From Amoebophrya sp. A120 (taxonomy: Eukaryota > Protista > Dinoflagellata): a stretch of 64,000 nucleotides of DNA. Made by a program: the position numbers and the translations under genes. The notes beneath the pieces were generated by a model, which saw only the letters and a program-made list of their open reading frames with translations, was not told the origin of the DNA and did no database searches. Below, piece after piece: positions 45,101 through 57,760 of this stretch (its first letter is position 1; every line of letters begins with the position of its first letter). The DNA lies in the NCBI GenBank assembly GCA_905178155.1, contig CAJINV010000002.1, forward strand, positions 7,799,650 to 7,863,649, read 5' to 3'.

Positions 45101-48100
45101 TATTCTGAATATGAAGTTGCTCTTTTCTCCTGCAAGCCAGTTACCACACGACAACAAGAGAATGGCCTGTCTCTGCGCGTCACACAAGTCCGAACATTTT
45201 AATAGTGTGACTGAGACTGACTGGGTGGAGACGCTGGCATCAAAAGTTTCATTCCTTTTCCTTCCACCAGACCGCGACATATGATTGCGGAATGCATAGG
45301 GAGCGGACGGGGAGGAACCTGATAAAGACGAAACCGACGACGGGGGCACGGTACTCTGGATCCCAGAAAGTAGCGGCGGCATCCCGGAAGAAGGCGCTGC
45401 GGCCGCAGCCACAACGAGCTTTACCCAACGGTGACGGTCATGGACGGTTTTTCATTTTTTCTTCCAAGATGAACGCGTAGGTGCCTACGAGTTAGTACTT
45501 ACAACTCATCAATAGAAGCTCCCATGATATTCCTCGGCCAACTTCATCCAAAAGAACATACCATAAGCGGTACGCCATTGAGATGAACATCCTTCCACCT
45601 TTTCGAAGTTTTCGCATGATGCGAACGCTTTCAGAAACAACAGTTCAGTTCAAGGTAGGCAAAGCTACAAATTGAACCGACAAAAGAATCATATCAATCT
45701 CAGCACCAAATCGTCCAAAAAGTTCGCAAAATAGTTCTCTGACGCAACAAGGGTCGCCCTCGCCACCCTGTCGAGCGCAACTTTGTTTGTCCGGAAATAA
45801 ATCTATTCAGATTGCTGTGTGTTTTCTTCTCGACGTGCTTCCGTCGGTCTTTCAATCTAAAAAAAGTAAAAAAGAAGTTCGCATAGCGTAATAGAAACAT
45901 TGAAGTAGTTCTAAAATAAAGTTTTGTGGCATTGATGCTACCGAGTAGCGAAGATGGTGGGAATCGTACAAAACTTCGCAACTCTGCGAAAAGAGACTGC
46001 AGCAAAATAAAGTCACGGCAATGCAATAGCGAATAGCTCTGAGAAGTTCCTTGTTACACCTGGTCCTACATCACCTCAGAAAACACTTGAAATGAGTACT
46101 TCTCTCGCCGAAAAAGGCGTGGCACGGGCAGGAAACAAACAAAATCAAGAAAGTTCAACACAACAACATAAACAACTGCAACATCGCCATTGAGACTCGT
46201 CAGCGGTGTTTCATCTAGTCGAGAGCTGCCTCCCGAAAGCGGTACTTGATTCTGCAATAAACGTATTCATTTATAAGTAAAAACTGCATTTTGAAATTGA
46301 TGAAAAACTGCAATCAGGTCTGATACCAAAAATTTTCAAAGATGCAAAGGCTCTACTAACTGCTACCATTTCATTCGACTGCGGACTGAGCAGATCATCG
46401 AGTCAAACGACTAAACATCAAATTCCTCCTCCTCGAAAAACCCGGTTTTCTACTTCGAGTACCCCAGAATGGTCTTGCTGTATCCCAGTGAAATCCTCTC
46501 GTTCCACCTCTCCACAAAGACAAAGATGTACAAAATTTGTATTTGCTTGGTTGTACTTACTATTTCTTTTTCTATCCTACACCTACGAGTGCAATGAAAT
46601 GCAATAACATTGTTGACATCCTACCTTACTTTATCTTTTGGGAGTCTGGAACGCGAAATTTCAAGTTGATATCTTCTCCACACGCTTCATGGTCTGCGTG
46701 ACATCTCGCACGCGGATGGTTGTCTTGTTGGAGTTATCGCAGAACAACACCATGATCTCGACGAACTTCCCCTATTCTGTGCAAAATCACCCTCATCAAC
46801 GCTACCAATTTTGAAACTGTGCACCAGTGAAAAAACACACAAGCAAAACTATCTAAACTTAATCTTTATCTTAAAGGACCATGTCCATCTCTATGGCTAT
46901 CGCTATGCATGCCCTCATTACAAATTGGTGTTGAAGATGATCTTGTTACACAGCATATCTCCATCCACTTCTGCACCAGGTCGCGCACCTCCGGAGTCTA
47001 TGCACGTGAAACACGTCAGGGTCTAGAATGTTGTGAGAGTTGTCTTCTTCTGCCACGGCCGAAGATGTCACACTGACTTAGGTAGTTGGCAGAATCAAGA
47101 AGTGGGCACAAACCAGAAGCACCACTCGCTTTTCTTGTTCTTTTTCATGACGCAAGGGATCACTCAGCAGCACTCCAAGCAACTTAATATAGTTTCTGAA
47201 AAATTTATCATGCACGCTTGCATACTACTATCGAACTGCGCTTCGGATTCAATTTTGATAGCAAATTGGCCAGAAAAACCCGACTAATGTTTGCACTTGA
47301 TAGGGCGACTTTTCTGGAGAGCCGGGACACGCCTCCCCTACGGGCCAACCGCTTGATCTGCACGCTTTTCAACTCGGTCATCAAATTATCAAGCCGAAAG
47401 TAGCCCCGAAATGCATGTGCGATTGCGAGAAACAGAAACATACACTTTGATTCCCAGAAAAAAATTCCATCTTCCTTCTACTTCTTTCTTCAGTGATGTG
47501 GTGCTACTTCTGCAAGATGGTACTCATCCTTATGCTTGTCTATTAAAGAAATCTAGATATGCCTGAAAGTTCGCATGAAGCAAATATATGCATTTCTTTC
47601 TTTTTTTTGTGCCGCTGCCGTTGGGGCGATTTTCATTTTGATACACGCCGTCCCATTGCTTCTGCGGAGGAAAAACCCGTGGTTTCTTTCGTATACAGAA
47701 AAAAAGCTGCGTTAGTGTGAGTCTGTAATGCAGAGCATGCAAGAGCATTGCATCTGCCATTCTGGGCGTAGGGCTTGTTCTTCTACAAGGTCGTGCTCGT
47801 CTTCAATTTCATGTAGATGCTATCATGGCAGACAAATTTCTAATGCTGCTTCATCCTCAACAACACTAAACATAATTTTTCTGTTGGATATTTCGCTGGC
47901 CGATCCCAATACCATGATCGTCGTCGCCGGACATATCTCCGGCGCTCGGCATCCCACGCATCGCGTCCTGAAGTATTGTAAAGCAAATATGCCTTCGTTC
48001 TACACGGTATAAAACGCCTTGTCCTTCCACATAGATCATGCAGAAACACGGTTGCGCGCACGAAAAGACTTTTTGGAAAAGTATGAAAAATATCCAATCC

Positions 48101-50490
48101 ATGCATGACTCATGAAGAAACATATTCTGTGCTAATTTCAAGTACCATTTCTTTCAAAATGTCATTGCAGTTCTGCTGGTACACCTGGTGACTCGTCGTC
48201 TCGTGGTATGGAAGAGAAGAAAAACTCGTCATAAGTATTCAAGCTTTCTTTATCTTTGTCATTTCGACCAAATGCATAGATATGATCTGGTCTTGCGACA
48301 CACAACGATCGTACGCTTTTTTCTTGCCCTTTGTCTGCCTGAGTTTGCAGTAGCGGCACTTTTTTCTGGCTGAAAAAAAACTACGTTTGCTCGTCCCACT
48401 GGGGAGGTGCTGGTGGTTTGAAAGTAAGACTAATATCTCTTCTTCTTCTTCACATACTCCATTCACCTTGTTCACAAGTCCTCCGTTCCGCCAGTGTGAC
48501 CCGCTCAGCTGTGACAATGCCACGTGTGACAAATGAGAGGCAGAGCGTCAAAAAAAAATTGCTCAACATCATGCATGGGTTGTTGCAAGTCAAGTGCAAC
48601 ACCTTTCGCAGAGTTACAGATTTCTAGTGCGCAGGTATGAGCATGAGCATGAACATGAGCATGACAAGGTTCGGGCAGCACGACATTTTTACCGTTCTTG
48701 CTCGCATCTACTTTTAGCAAACTTTGCAAGAAAGAGCGCAGTGCTATAGTTGTTCTCGCTGCTCTTCATTGATTCTTTGTGAAAACTCAGATATGTTGAC
48801 ACGCAGCTAGCTAATATATGCATCATCTCACTGTCGACTTTGTCAAGCTTGAGTGGGTCGTATCTTCGAGCGCGCCATTTTGTTTCTTTTGAAAGGGAAA
48901 GTGAACTGAAACTCTTTGATTTTTTTGTGCAAATACTTAGTCTTTGCAGAAGACGATGCTGTACTCTCCTCGTCCTCGTATCTATGTATTACACCTATGT
49001 GTTTTCTTCAGCCCTTAACACGGTGGTTGGTGGTGTCTCGTGATGCGTGTCAACAGTTGCGGCCGGGGGGGGGGTAAAAATTGTAGTTGTACTTCTGTTT
49101 GGGTTCTTTATCGTTGATAACTTCGTATTGTTGTACATGCATGAAGGGCGATGTGACCACAATCAAGCATCCCGACTGCAATACAGTAGATAACAAAGAA
49201 TGAAAAATACTAACAAGCGTGCACGGTCGCAACTTTTTTTAGAACCCTCGAATTTACTCGCCTTCCGTCGGCACGCGCGCTCGCATTATGGAAAGAAGCA
49301 CAAAACGACAAAGATGGCCCCTATTTGATGTACTGTACAACAGCGGTTTTTCTGCATCTCTTGTCGGTGTCTCTCACGGCCTTTTTCTTCGCTCAGGTGC
49401 AGTTCTTCTGTCGCTCACATGCAGTTTTTTGTCTCTCTGTTGCGGCCTTTTGTTAAAAACTGGGTCTGAGTGTCATTGGGTACTTAAGGAACCCGAAGAC
49501 CCACGCACCTATGAGTCTAAAACTCTGCGAAAAAAACAGAAGAAAGGCGAGGAAGCGAATCTACTAGTCAGAAAAAAAAATTGGATTGGATTGGATTGGA
49601 ATTCTGCAAAAAATCGAAAAGTTCGAGAGTTTGCTGCTCCACCGCAGTGGGTTCACTCATACTTTTGCAACCAACGTGGTTCAGAGAATGATGGTAGTTT
49701 AAAGATAGATAGACTAGCAACTAGCTTTTGGCTTGACAACGTGAAAATAAGACCAAGACCTGGTGACTGAAACTTTCGAGACTATACAATGACCGAAGAA
49801 AGTTTTTTTGAGTAGTGAAAACATAGACACTGGGGTTTGCAGACACCTCCTCGTGAGTCGAGGAACGAGACCACATGAACACTGCGGCGACGCTGTATTT
49901 TCGAGTAGAAGCAGTTGTAGTATCGCAGCAAGCTGCTGCGCGTGACATCTCTAGCGGACACTTGCAAGTACTGCATCAGCATCGCCAGGTCTACCAAAAC
50001 GAAACAATAAACAAATCCGAATCCATAAGAGGCTCACGCAACCGGTGCAAACTGGTAGTATTGCTAATTCTGGGTCGTGTCGCCATAAAGTTTTGTCCCA
50101 TTGCAAATAAATAAGTCACTTTTTAAGGAGCGTAGTTCTCATGATCTTCACACTAGGCTAGAATACTCAATGACATTTTTCGCGTAAACAAAAGAAAGCT
50201 ATTAGAAGACTGGACTCACCCCTTCTATCGCCGGTTTATCATACTCCCGGAATCTTCTTGATGTAGACAAAGGAGTCCTGGCCTCGTTTATTTCTTGCAA
50301 GCATTTCTTGAAAAACAGTGAAAGGGAGGAGAAGTAGTAATTTCAATTTGTTTCTTGTTGGTGCAGAACAAACCTGCACGGTTTACCTTCCGGAATCCGA
50401 ATCATAGATATCAAATAAACGCGTAGTAAGTAGACCGTTGTCCTCGCGGACGTTGTCGTAGGTGCAGAGGTTGACATAGAAGTAGAAAGA
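42113..50490 (-). other. Scattered exon-like segments of possible divergent multi-exon gene(s) or a pseudogene
   Basis: Protein-like minus-strand frames (42113-42400, 44474-45412, 48162-48359, 49782-49997, about 50390-50485 FYVNLCTYDNVREDNGLLTTRLFDIYD) could not be assembled into a gene model. Confidence 0.3.
48637..48665. repeat. (CATGAG)n microsatellite
   Basis: atgagcatgagcatgaacatgagcatgac. Confidence 0.6.
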
Positions 50491-50900
50491 TTTACATATT
50501 GTATTCCCAAAATTGGCGCATGAGTGAAGTGCTGAGTTCTTCCCTGTAGGTCTTGGAGTTCAGCGTCAGCACAAAGGTTAGCTCAGTGTAAAGTCATCGA
50601 CATCGATGCGGGTAGAAGTTCACTATATTAATCTGTCATGCGCATTTCTGCTTTCGTCCTGCGCTTGTGCTCAAACTTGTTTTGGGTCCTTCTGCTTTCT
50701 GTCCGTCGGACGCAGCACTTAATGCAATGTTGCTCTCTCTTGTAGCTGCAGCCTCCCATGCTGGACGACAAAGTAGTTTCTGCTAATACAGTTCTTGTTT
50801 TTGAACTTGTAAATTCTTATTCTTTCATTTGCAGTTTGAGACCTTCTTGTTTTTCACCTACTACCTCGACCAAAACAAGAACCTAGCTCGAAGAGCCTGC

Positions 50901-53900
50901 TCACGCTTCCTCTCCCTGCGTTTTCTGGAGGGTCAATTTCAAATTTTTGTCCCCAAACCCGTTGTCCACTCGGGAGCAGGCAGGCCAGATCTTACCCCGT
51001 TCCTTCAAGTACGGCAGTGGGAACGCGGCCGTCTCCCGCGAGTAGCAGTCCGGGCGTATCCAGTTTGAAAGAGCGACCGATCCCCGCAACTACATGCTCG
51101 AGCGCTCAGCAATGCCAGACGTGCAAATGCGTTTTTCTGTTCGAGTTTTCAATTTCATTTCGACAAGACTAGAAGTCGCAACGACTGTACTGTACACTAC
51201 TAATGAACTACATGTTGTCCTCTCGATGACCATGGCCAGGGGCAGCGAATTGCATGTCAATGTCTGTGTCAAGTCTGTCAGTGCATACAAAAACTTTACT
51301 GTTGAGCTCACTTTCACATTTCACCGATCATTGATTCTGTCAGGCTGTGGTGCTCTTTTCAACTGCGTAAAGATCCAATCGTTCGCCAAACAGACTTGCT
51401 GCGAGTGCGGCGCGTTCTTGAGCGGGTTGTCGGTCTGTGTGTACTCACCCGTCTCGATTTTCCGGATCTCCTCGCGAATTGCGATCAGCGCATCGCAGAA
51501 GCGGTCCAACTCCGAGAGATCCTCAGACTCCGTCGGTTCGATCATCAGCGAGTGTGGGTTTTTCCAGCGGAAAACGAAAATCTTCGCTAGCACAGCACAG
51601 ACACATACTTTTTAATTTACCATTGTTTGATTGGTGTAATAGCACATAGATTCTCCATCACATTGTTCCTGTTCTTGCTGATGTTTTTTACAGGAACTCA
51701 CTGCAGAAGATGTACGGTAGACCAGCAGTTGTATTCAAATCAATTTTTCGAAGACAGTAAAAATCATGCAGTACACAGCACGTACGAAAAGAAGCAGCAA
51801 GCAACCAAGTGTCTGCCCTCCTGTGCGAGCTTGAAGATAATTTCTTTTCTGCGCGATAAGCTTGGGCCAAGACATGGTGGGAGCGTGGTAGCCGTAGTCC
51901 TGCAGCCGCTTTGCGATGTCCTCCTCGGTGACGCCCGTCGCTTTTTTGATGTCGGCCACCTCCAGGATGAACTCGTGGCTGCACCGCGGCTTCACGTCGG
52001 AAAACGCGATTTTGTAGTGCGACTGCAGTCTTTCCTTCAGGTAGTTCGCGTTCAGAATGGCCACCTCCGCGGACTTGCGCAGCCCCTCCGCACCCAGCAT
52101 GGAAATGAACATCCACGGAATCGCCGCGATCCCCGCCTGCCCAAACGGCGCATTGCTCACGGCATTCTCGCTGTTCCGCGAAAACTGGAAGTGCCCCGGC
52201 AGAAACGGCGCCAGCTTGCTGTTGCAACAGATCGGACCCATACCTGTAGAGATTTTATTTTGCATCATCAAGATAGATCACATGAAACGAATGTTGGCGA
52301 TGTGCCAGGCTCCGAAGCTTTTGCTCTTAATAATGGGTACTGTAGTTGCTGTGTCCTCTCATATTGGAAACAAAAAGCGACCACTCCGCGCTGCAGAAAC
52401 AGAAGTCACGGATATATATCGCCATGGTACGACTATGCGCCACGCAAAACCAAAAATCGTAAAGCTCTATTTTTGATGGCCATGAAGATGAATCTTGCAT
52501 GATTGATACGCATACTAGTAAGTTTGAGTCTATCAATTTCCGACAACCTTGAAAAAAATAGTACCCGGCCCGCCGCCCCCGTGCGGGATGGAGAAGGTTT
52601 TGTGCAGATTCAAGTGGCAGACGTCGGCGCCGATTTTCCCGGGCGCCGTGAGCCCCAGGTGGGCGTTCATGTTGGCTCCGTCCATGTAGACAAGCCCGCC
52701 GGCCTCGTGGATGGTGTCGCAGATTTCCACGATCTGCTCCTCGAAGATGCCTTGGGTGCTGGGGTAGGTGATCATCAACGCCGAGATTTTTCCCTTGTTC
52801 TCCGCGCAAATCTGCTTCAGCTCCTGCAGCGGCAGCTGCCCCTTGCTGTCATCGATCCACTTCACCTCCATGCCGATCATGGCCGCAGACGCGGGGTTGG
52901 TGCCGTGCGCCGACTTGGGGATGATGCACAGATTCTTCTCCTTCGACTTCGCCACCCCCAGCTGGCTCTCGTGGTACCGCCGGATGGCCAACAGCCCGGC
53001 GTACTCGCCCATGGCGCCGGATGCCGGCTGGAGAGAGCACGCATCGAACGCGGTGATCTTGCACAGGTACTGCTCCAGCTGGTGCAGCATCTTCCGGTAC
53101 CCCGGCACCGAGTCCACCGGCGCGTAGGGGTGCACGTTGGCGATCTCGTCGTGCCAGGACAGCGGCAGCAGCGAGCTGACCGAGTTCAGCTTCATGGTGC
53201 AGGACCCCAGCGTGATCATGCTGTGCACCAGGGACAGGTCCTTGCTCTGCAGCCGGTGCAAATACCGCATCATCTCCGTCTCCGAGTGGATCGAATTGAA
53301 GATCTCCTGCTCCAGGAAGGGCTCGCCCGCCGGCCGCTGGAACTCGGGCGGGAGCTCCGTGCACGCAATCAGGTCTGCTTGGTTCGCCGTCGTGGTTTGT
53401 TCGCCGTCGGGCAGAGTGGCTTTGTTCGTCGTGGAGGTGCCGTCCAGGCCCAGAATGTGGGTCAGCTGCGCAGCTAACTGCTGGATGTCCTCCAAGGAAT
53501 GCGACTCGTCGATGGAGACCGCGATCTGTGCGCTGTTCAGCACCCGGACGTTCGTTTCGTACAGGTCCGCCATCTTGGCCGCGACTTCTTCCGCCGCGAG
53601 CGGCAGCGTGTTGACCGGGATGGTGTCGAAGTGCGGCGTGGAGAGGTCGACTACCTTCGTGGAGGGCGACGTGCCCCCGCCCCTAGAGCCCAGCGTGTTC
53701 AGCGCCATCTCGTTGCGAAAGGCGTTTGCCAGCCCCACCACCCGCTGCGCGATCTTCTGCAGCCCGGCCTTCTGGTGGTACACGGCATACATGGCGCTGG
53801 CGTTGGCCAGCAGCGCCTGGCTCGTGCACACGTTCGAAGTGGCCTTGTCGTAGCGGATGTGCTGCTCGCGGGTCTGCAGCGTGAGCCGGTAGGCGGGGTT

Positions 53901-55747
53901 CTTCTCCTTGTCGAGCGACTCCCCGATGATCCGGCCCGGCATCTTGCGCAGGTACTTCAAATGGGTGGCGAAGAAGGCCGCGCTGGGGCCCCCGGCGAAC
54001 ATCGGGACGCCGAACCGCTGCATGTTGCCGACCACCACGTCCGCCCCCATGGCCGCGGGCGTCTTCGCCAACACCAAATTCAGCGGGTCCGCGGCCACGA
54101 TCAGGTGCCCCTTGTTTTTGTGCAACTCGTCCGCGATCGAGGACATGTCCTTCAGCCGCCCGAAGGTGTCCGGGTACTGCAGGACCGCGCCGATCAGGTT
54201 TTCCTGCGAGAAGTCGAACTCCTCCGCGTTCCCGACCAGCAGGTTGATCTTCAGGTACTTGGCCCGGGTCTCCACCGTCTTGATGGTTTGCAGGTGCACC
54301 GTGTCGGACACAAACACCGTGTCCTTGTCCTTCAGGTTGGACACCCGCAGCAGCATGGCCACCGCCTCGGCGCACGCGCTGCCCTCGTCCAGCAGACTGG
54401 CATTCGCCACCTCCATGCCCGTCAGCTCGGTGACCAGCGTCTGGAAGTTGAACAGGCTCTCCAGCCGCCCCTGCGAGATCTCCGCCTGGTACGGCGTGTA
54501 GGCGGTGTACCACGCGGGGTTCTCGAACAGGTTCCGCAGGATGCAGTGCGGCACCAGGGTGCCGTAGTAGCCCTGGCCGAGGTAGTTCTTCCGCTTCCGG
54601 ATGTCGGACACCATCTCCTTCAGCTGGGCCACCACCTCCGTCTCGGACCGCGTCCGCGGGGCGTTCAGCTCCTCCTCCGTCAGCTGCTTGCGGATGTGCT
54701 GGGGGATGGTTTGCTGCAGCAGCTCCTCCATCGTCGCAACGTTCAGGGTTTCCAGCATGAACTGAATCTCCCGCTCCGACGGACCCAGGTGCCTGTGGAA
54801 AAAATTCGTTTTTACCCATTTACAAAAGATGATCTTGTACGTTCCTCGGGCGGCTGATGCTGATCTACAGTTCATCGTCTTGAATTTTTACAGTGTCAGA
54901 CAGAACTCTATCACATTCAGTCGACCATTTGTTTCCATTGCAGCAAAACATAACCGGCAGCGAAAAACCAACCTTTCGGGAAATGTATCGGTGAATTTGA
55001 GGGATTATCCTTGGGAAAATTTGCAGCCAACACATAGAAGATACATCAACTTTACATGCTTTATTGATGTTCTCTCTTAGTTCTCACTTTTCTGACGATT
55101 GATGTGCAACCCTGCTTCGTCCGCGTGGAGTCTTTGCATCTGACTGACACAATATGCCTGATGTTCAGTGGAAAACATGAATCAATAATCGCGATTATAT
55201 CATGGAAGGTGCAAATGTGTATCTGATAGGGCTTCCTTGACACTCCGCGACGAGGATGAAGAGGAACTTGAGCTTGCTGCTATACAATGCAAACTTCGAT
55301 CTTCTTGGCTTCCTTGGGACAAAAGTCTTGTGACATAAGTGTAAGTCACCCTCACCCTGCTGCACCTGTGACGCACGACTAAGTCGGAGTTAATGCAGCA
55401 GCAACATTCATAACGCACTGCGTGAGATAAGTACACGCCAGCACGCGCAAGAGCAAGACAGAGCATACTCAAAACAAGGGGAAAAAGATCGAATAGCGGT
55501 TCGTAACTGTAGTTGTCGTGACATTGCTCAATACTGGCGCAGCGAGTCCTGTTGGTGCGCCAACTTCGGCCGTGGTGGAAGGGCTGCTACTGCCGAGTTT
55601 TGCGGCGGTGCTGATGCGCATCTTCTGCTCCGAGGAAGAGGACGTCGTACTGGAAAAGTGCACCCGCTGCAGCTGAGTCTGGAGCCGCTTCGCAGCACAG
55701 TTCTTGGCGAGCACCGCCCGCGATTTACTCCTCGAAACGGAAAACAT
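50901..55747 (-). CDS. GLDC: Glycine dehydrogenase (decarboxylating), glycine cleavage P protein, mitochondrial; 7 exons
   Basis: Hallmark motifs: [73 protein letters not shown] (PLP Lys), [34 protein letters not shown]. Arg/Ser-rich N-terminal presequence. Confidence 0.97.
51063..51372. mobile_element. Non-canonical IR intron in GLDC, direct repeat ATCCA
   Basis: ATCCA at 51058-51062 and 51373-51377. Near-terminal IR CAGTTTGAAAGAGCGACC and GGTGCTCTTTTCAACTG. Removal gives [18 protein letters not shown]. Confidence 0.82.
51559..51861 (-). other. Non-canonical (GC...AA) intron in GLDC with decayed inverted repeat
   Basis: Required to join [20 protein letters not shown]. The ends show GCGGAAAACGAAAATCTTC versus (reverse complement) GCAGAAAAGAAATTATCTTC. 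Confidence 0.65.
55006..55228. mobile_element. Decayed TATC...GATA introner in GLDC (223 bp), TSD GGGAT/GGGCT
   Basis: Ends TATCCTTGGGAAAATTTGCA and TGCAAATGTGTATCTGATA. Removal of the element plus 5 nt gives [18 protein letters not shown]. An in-frame TAA just upstream excludes the nearest AG acceptor. Confidence 0.75.
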
Positions 55748-57760
55748 GGCGATTTCGTTTCGAAGAATCGGAAAAAAGTAAGAGTGCTTGCCACGGCGGC
55801 TGCGGGGGCGTCGAGCGTTTCACAGTCAAAGGCAATCCAAGTCCGCGGGCTGCCTAAAGGGTAAGTACCTTTGTCGTAGTTCTCCTCGATATTGTTTTTG
55901 ATAGTTTATATATTTAAGTGAGATATTGATAAAAAAAAAGCCGTAAGTCCAGCTTGTTGATCTGGTTAGAGTTTTGCAGCGGTTCTCGCCAAAAAATCAA
56001 TCGCGCACGTAAGTAAAACCCGAATCCCGTGGCTTCAATATCTTCTCAACGGGGTAGTTGAAAAGAGATTTCTCAATGCGGCTGTGACAGCAGACGAGTA
56101 TTTTACCCAAATTCAAAAACAGTAGCTCCCAATCTTGTTCAGCACACGGCTTGCTAAGTTTGTTGTTGTTGGAGGAAAAAAAAAACGACTATACTTTTGA
56201 ACTGTACCAGTTTTTTGCGATTTTTTCGAAAATAATCTCCACTCTGGGAAGATAAAACGTGCAGAGCTCTTTATTTTACGCTAGGCATGCAGGAGGTTAT
56301 GGTTAGAACAAATGTCGATATATTGACGAACGACAAGTGCTAACTGATGTAGTAGTATGGAAATACTAAGACGAAGGTGGTCTCGTGTTTCTGCAGAAGT
56401 ATCCGATGCAACAAGGCTTACACGGAAGCAGCTTCGTCGAAAATCAAAGTTATCGGTTTATTGAGGTGCCTACTTTATGAAACAATTTTTGCGATAAGAA
56501 AAAGAAAAAGTAAAAGAATTCAAATAAGCCGCTCACACGATATTATAACTCACGAGTTTGCGGCCCGTCTCTCTTGTTGCTCCACGAGCAGTGTTTCGAT
56601 GAAGGCGTCCGCTTTGCTTGCAGTGACGTCTCCAAGGGGAAATGAGACGTCTCTGCTCTCGCTCGTGCTTTTTCTCTCTCGTGTTCGAGCAGCCGTCAAG
56701 GCGCGCCGAGAAATCTTCGGCGGTTTTAGAAATAGAGATGAAGTGCTTAGTAACAGGTACGATTTTTCTGTGATGTGCAGCTCTCTCGTTGTCTTGTGCC
56801 TACACCTTATTACTTAAACGCGCAAGTGATGAAACTGAGACGAAAACAAGGTCTGTCAAGTAAAATACTTAAAATGCTGTCGCGGAGTGAAAATCTTCCA
56901 GGTAGTGGTAGTCTCCTGCGTGCAGCCGGTGCGGTTCGAAAAATTGATTATAAAGCGCTAGTTTTCAAACTAAAAGGCGGGGCTTCTACACAGACACAGA
57001 AAAGTCCTGTCGGGCGGGTAAAATTTGTAACAAGTTCTTTGTACTAGCTGCAGTAGCGGGAAGCACCAGCGCTTGTAGTGAAGAACAATAGCAATACAAA
57101 GAGCAATGACCTCCACTTTCCTGCCTCTCTCATCGACTCGTGTCTCATGTGGAATCTCTCCGAAGACCTATGTTGACATGCTATGGTGCACCGAAGCGAA
57201 TCTGCAAATATGAGCATGAAGCAGCTGTCGTGCTCAATCGAAAACACTTTCTGTTTTTGCATAATGCGGTATCAATTTCTCTACTCTTCAGCTTCGCTGG
57301 GCCGAATTTCGAATACTATTTTGTGCGTTCGCGCTCTTCTTTGCAATCTGCCTTCTTGTCAGGGGTGATACATGATTCCGAAGTTGAGGCTTTTTGAATA
57401 CCACGATAAACCGATACATTCCGTATGCAAGGGAAGATTAGAACTGCTATAAGTACAAGAAGATGAATCAGAGTAACAATAAGCAGACGCGGCGCGCGTA
57501 CATCGTATCGTCCTTCTTGCCCTCTGACTCTAATCGTAATCCTGATCGCTAACTATACTTGTTGAAACTACATACCTAATGCTAACTATTTGCGAACGTG
57601 TTGACTGACATTTTTTTTACATACTCCTGCAGGATTTCGATTTCTACGAAACAAAATAGAGTGCGATTACATACAGATACAAGTGCCACTGAAACGAGTG
57701 GTACAGCTCAAAAGAATTCATGACGCTACAGCGTGAGTGCACAGTAAGCCCGATTCATCT

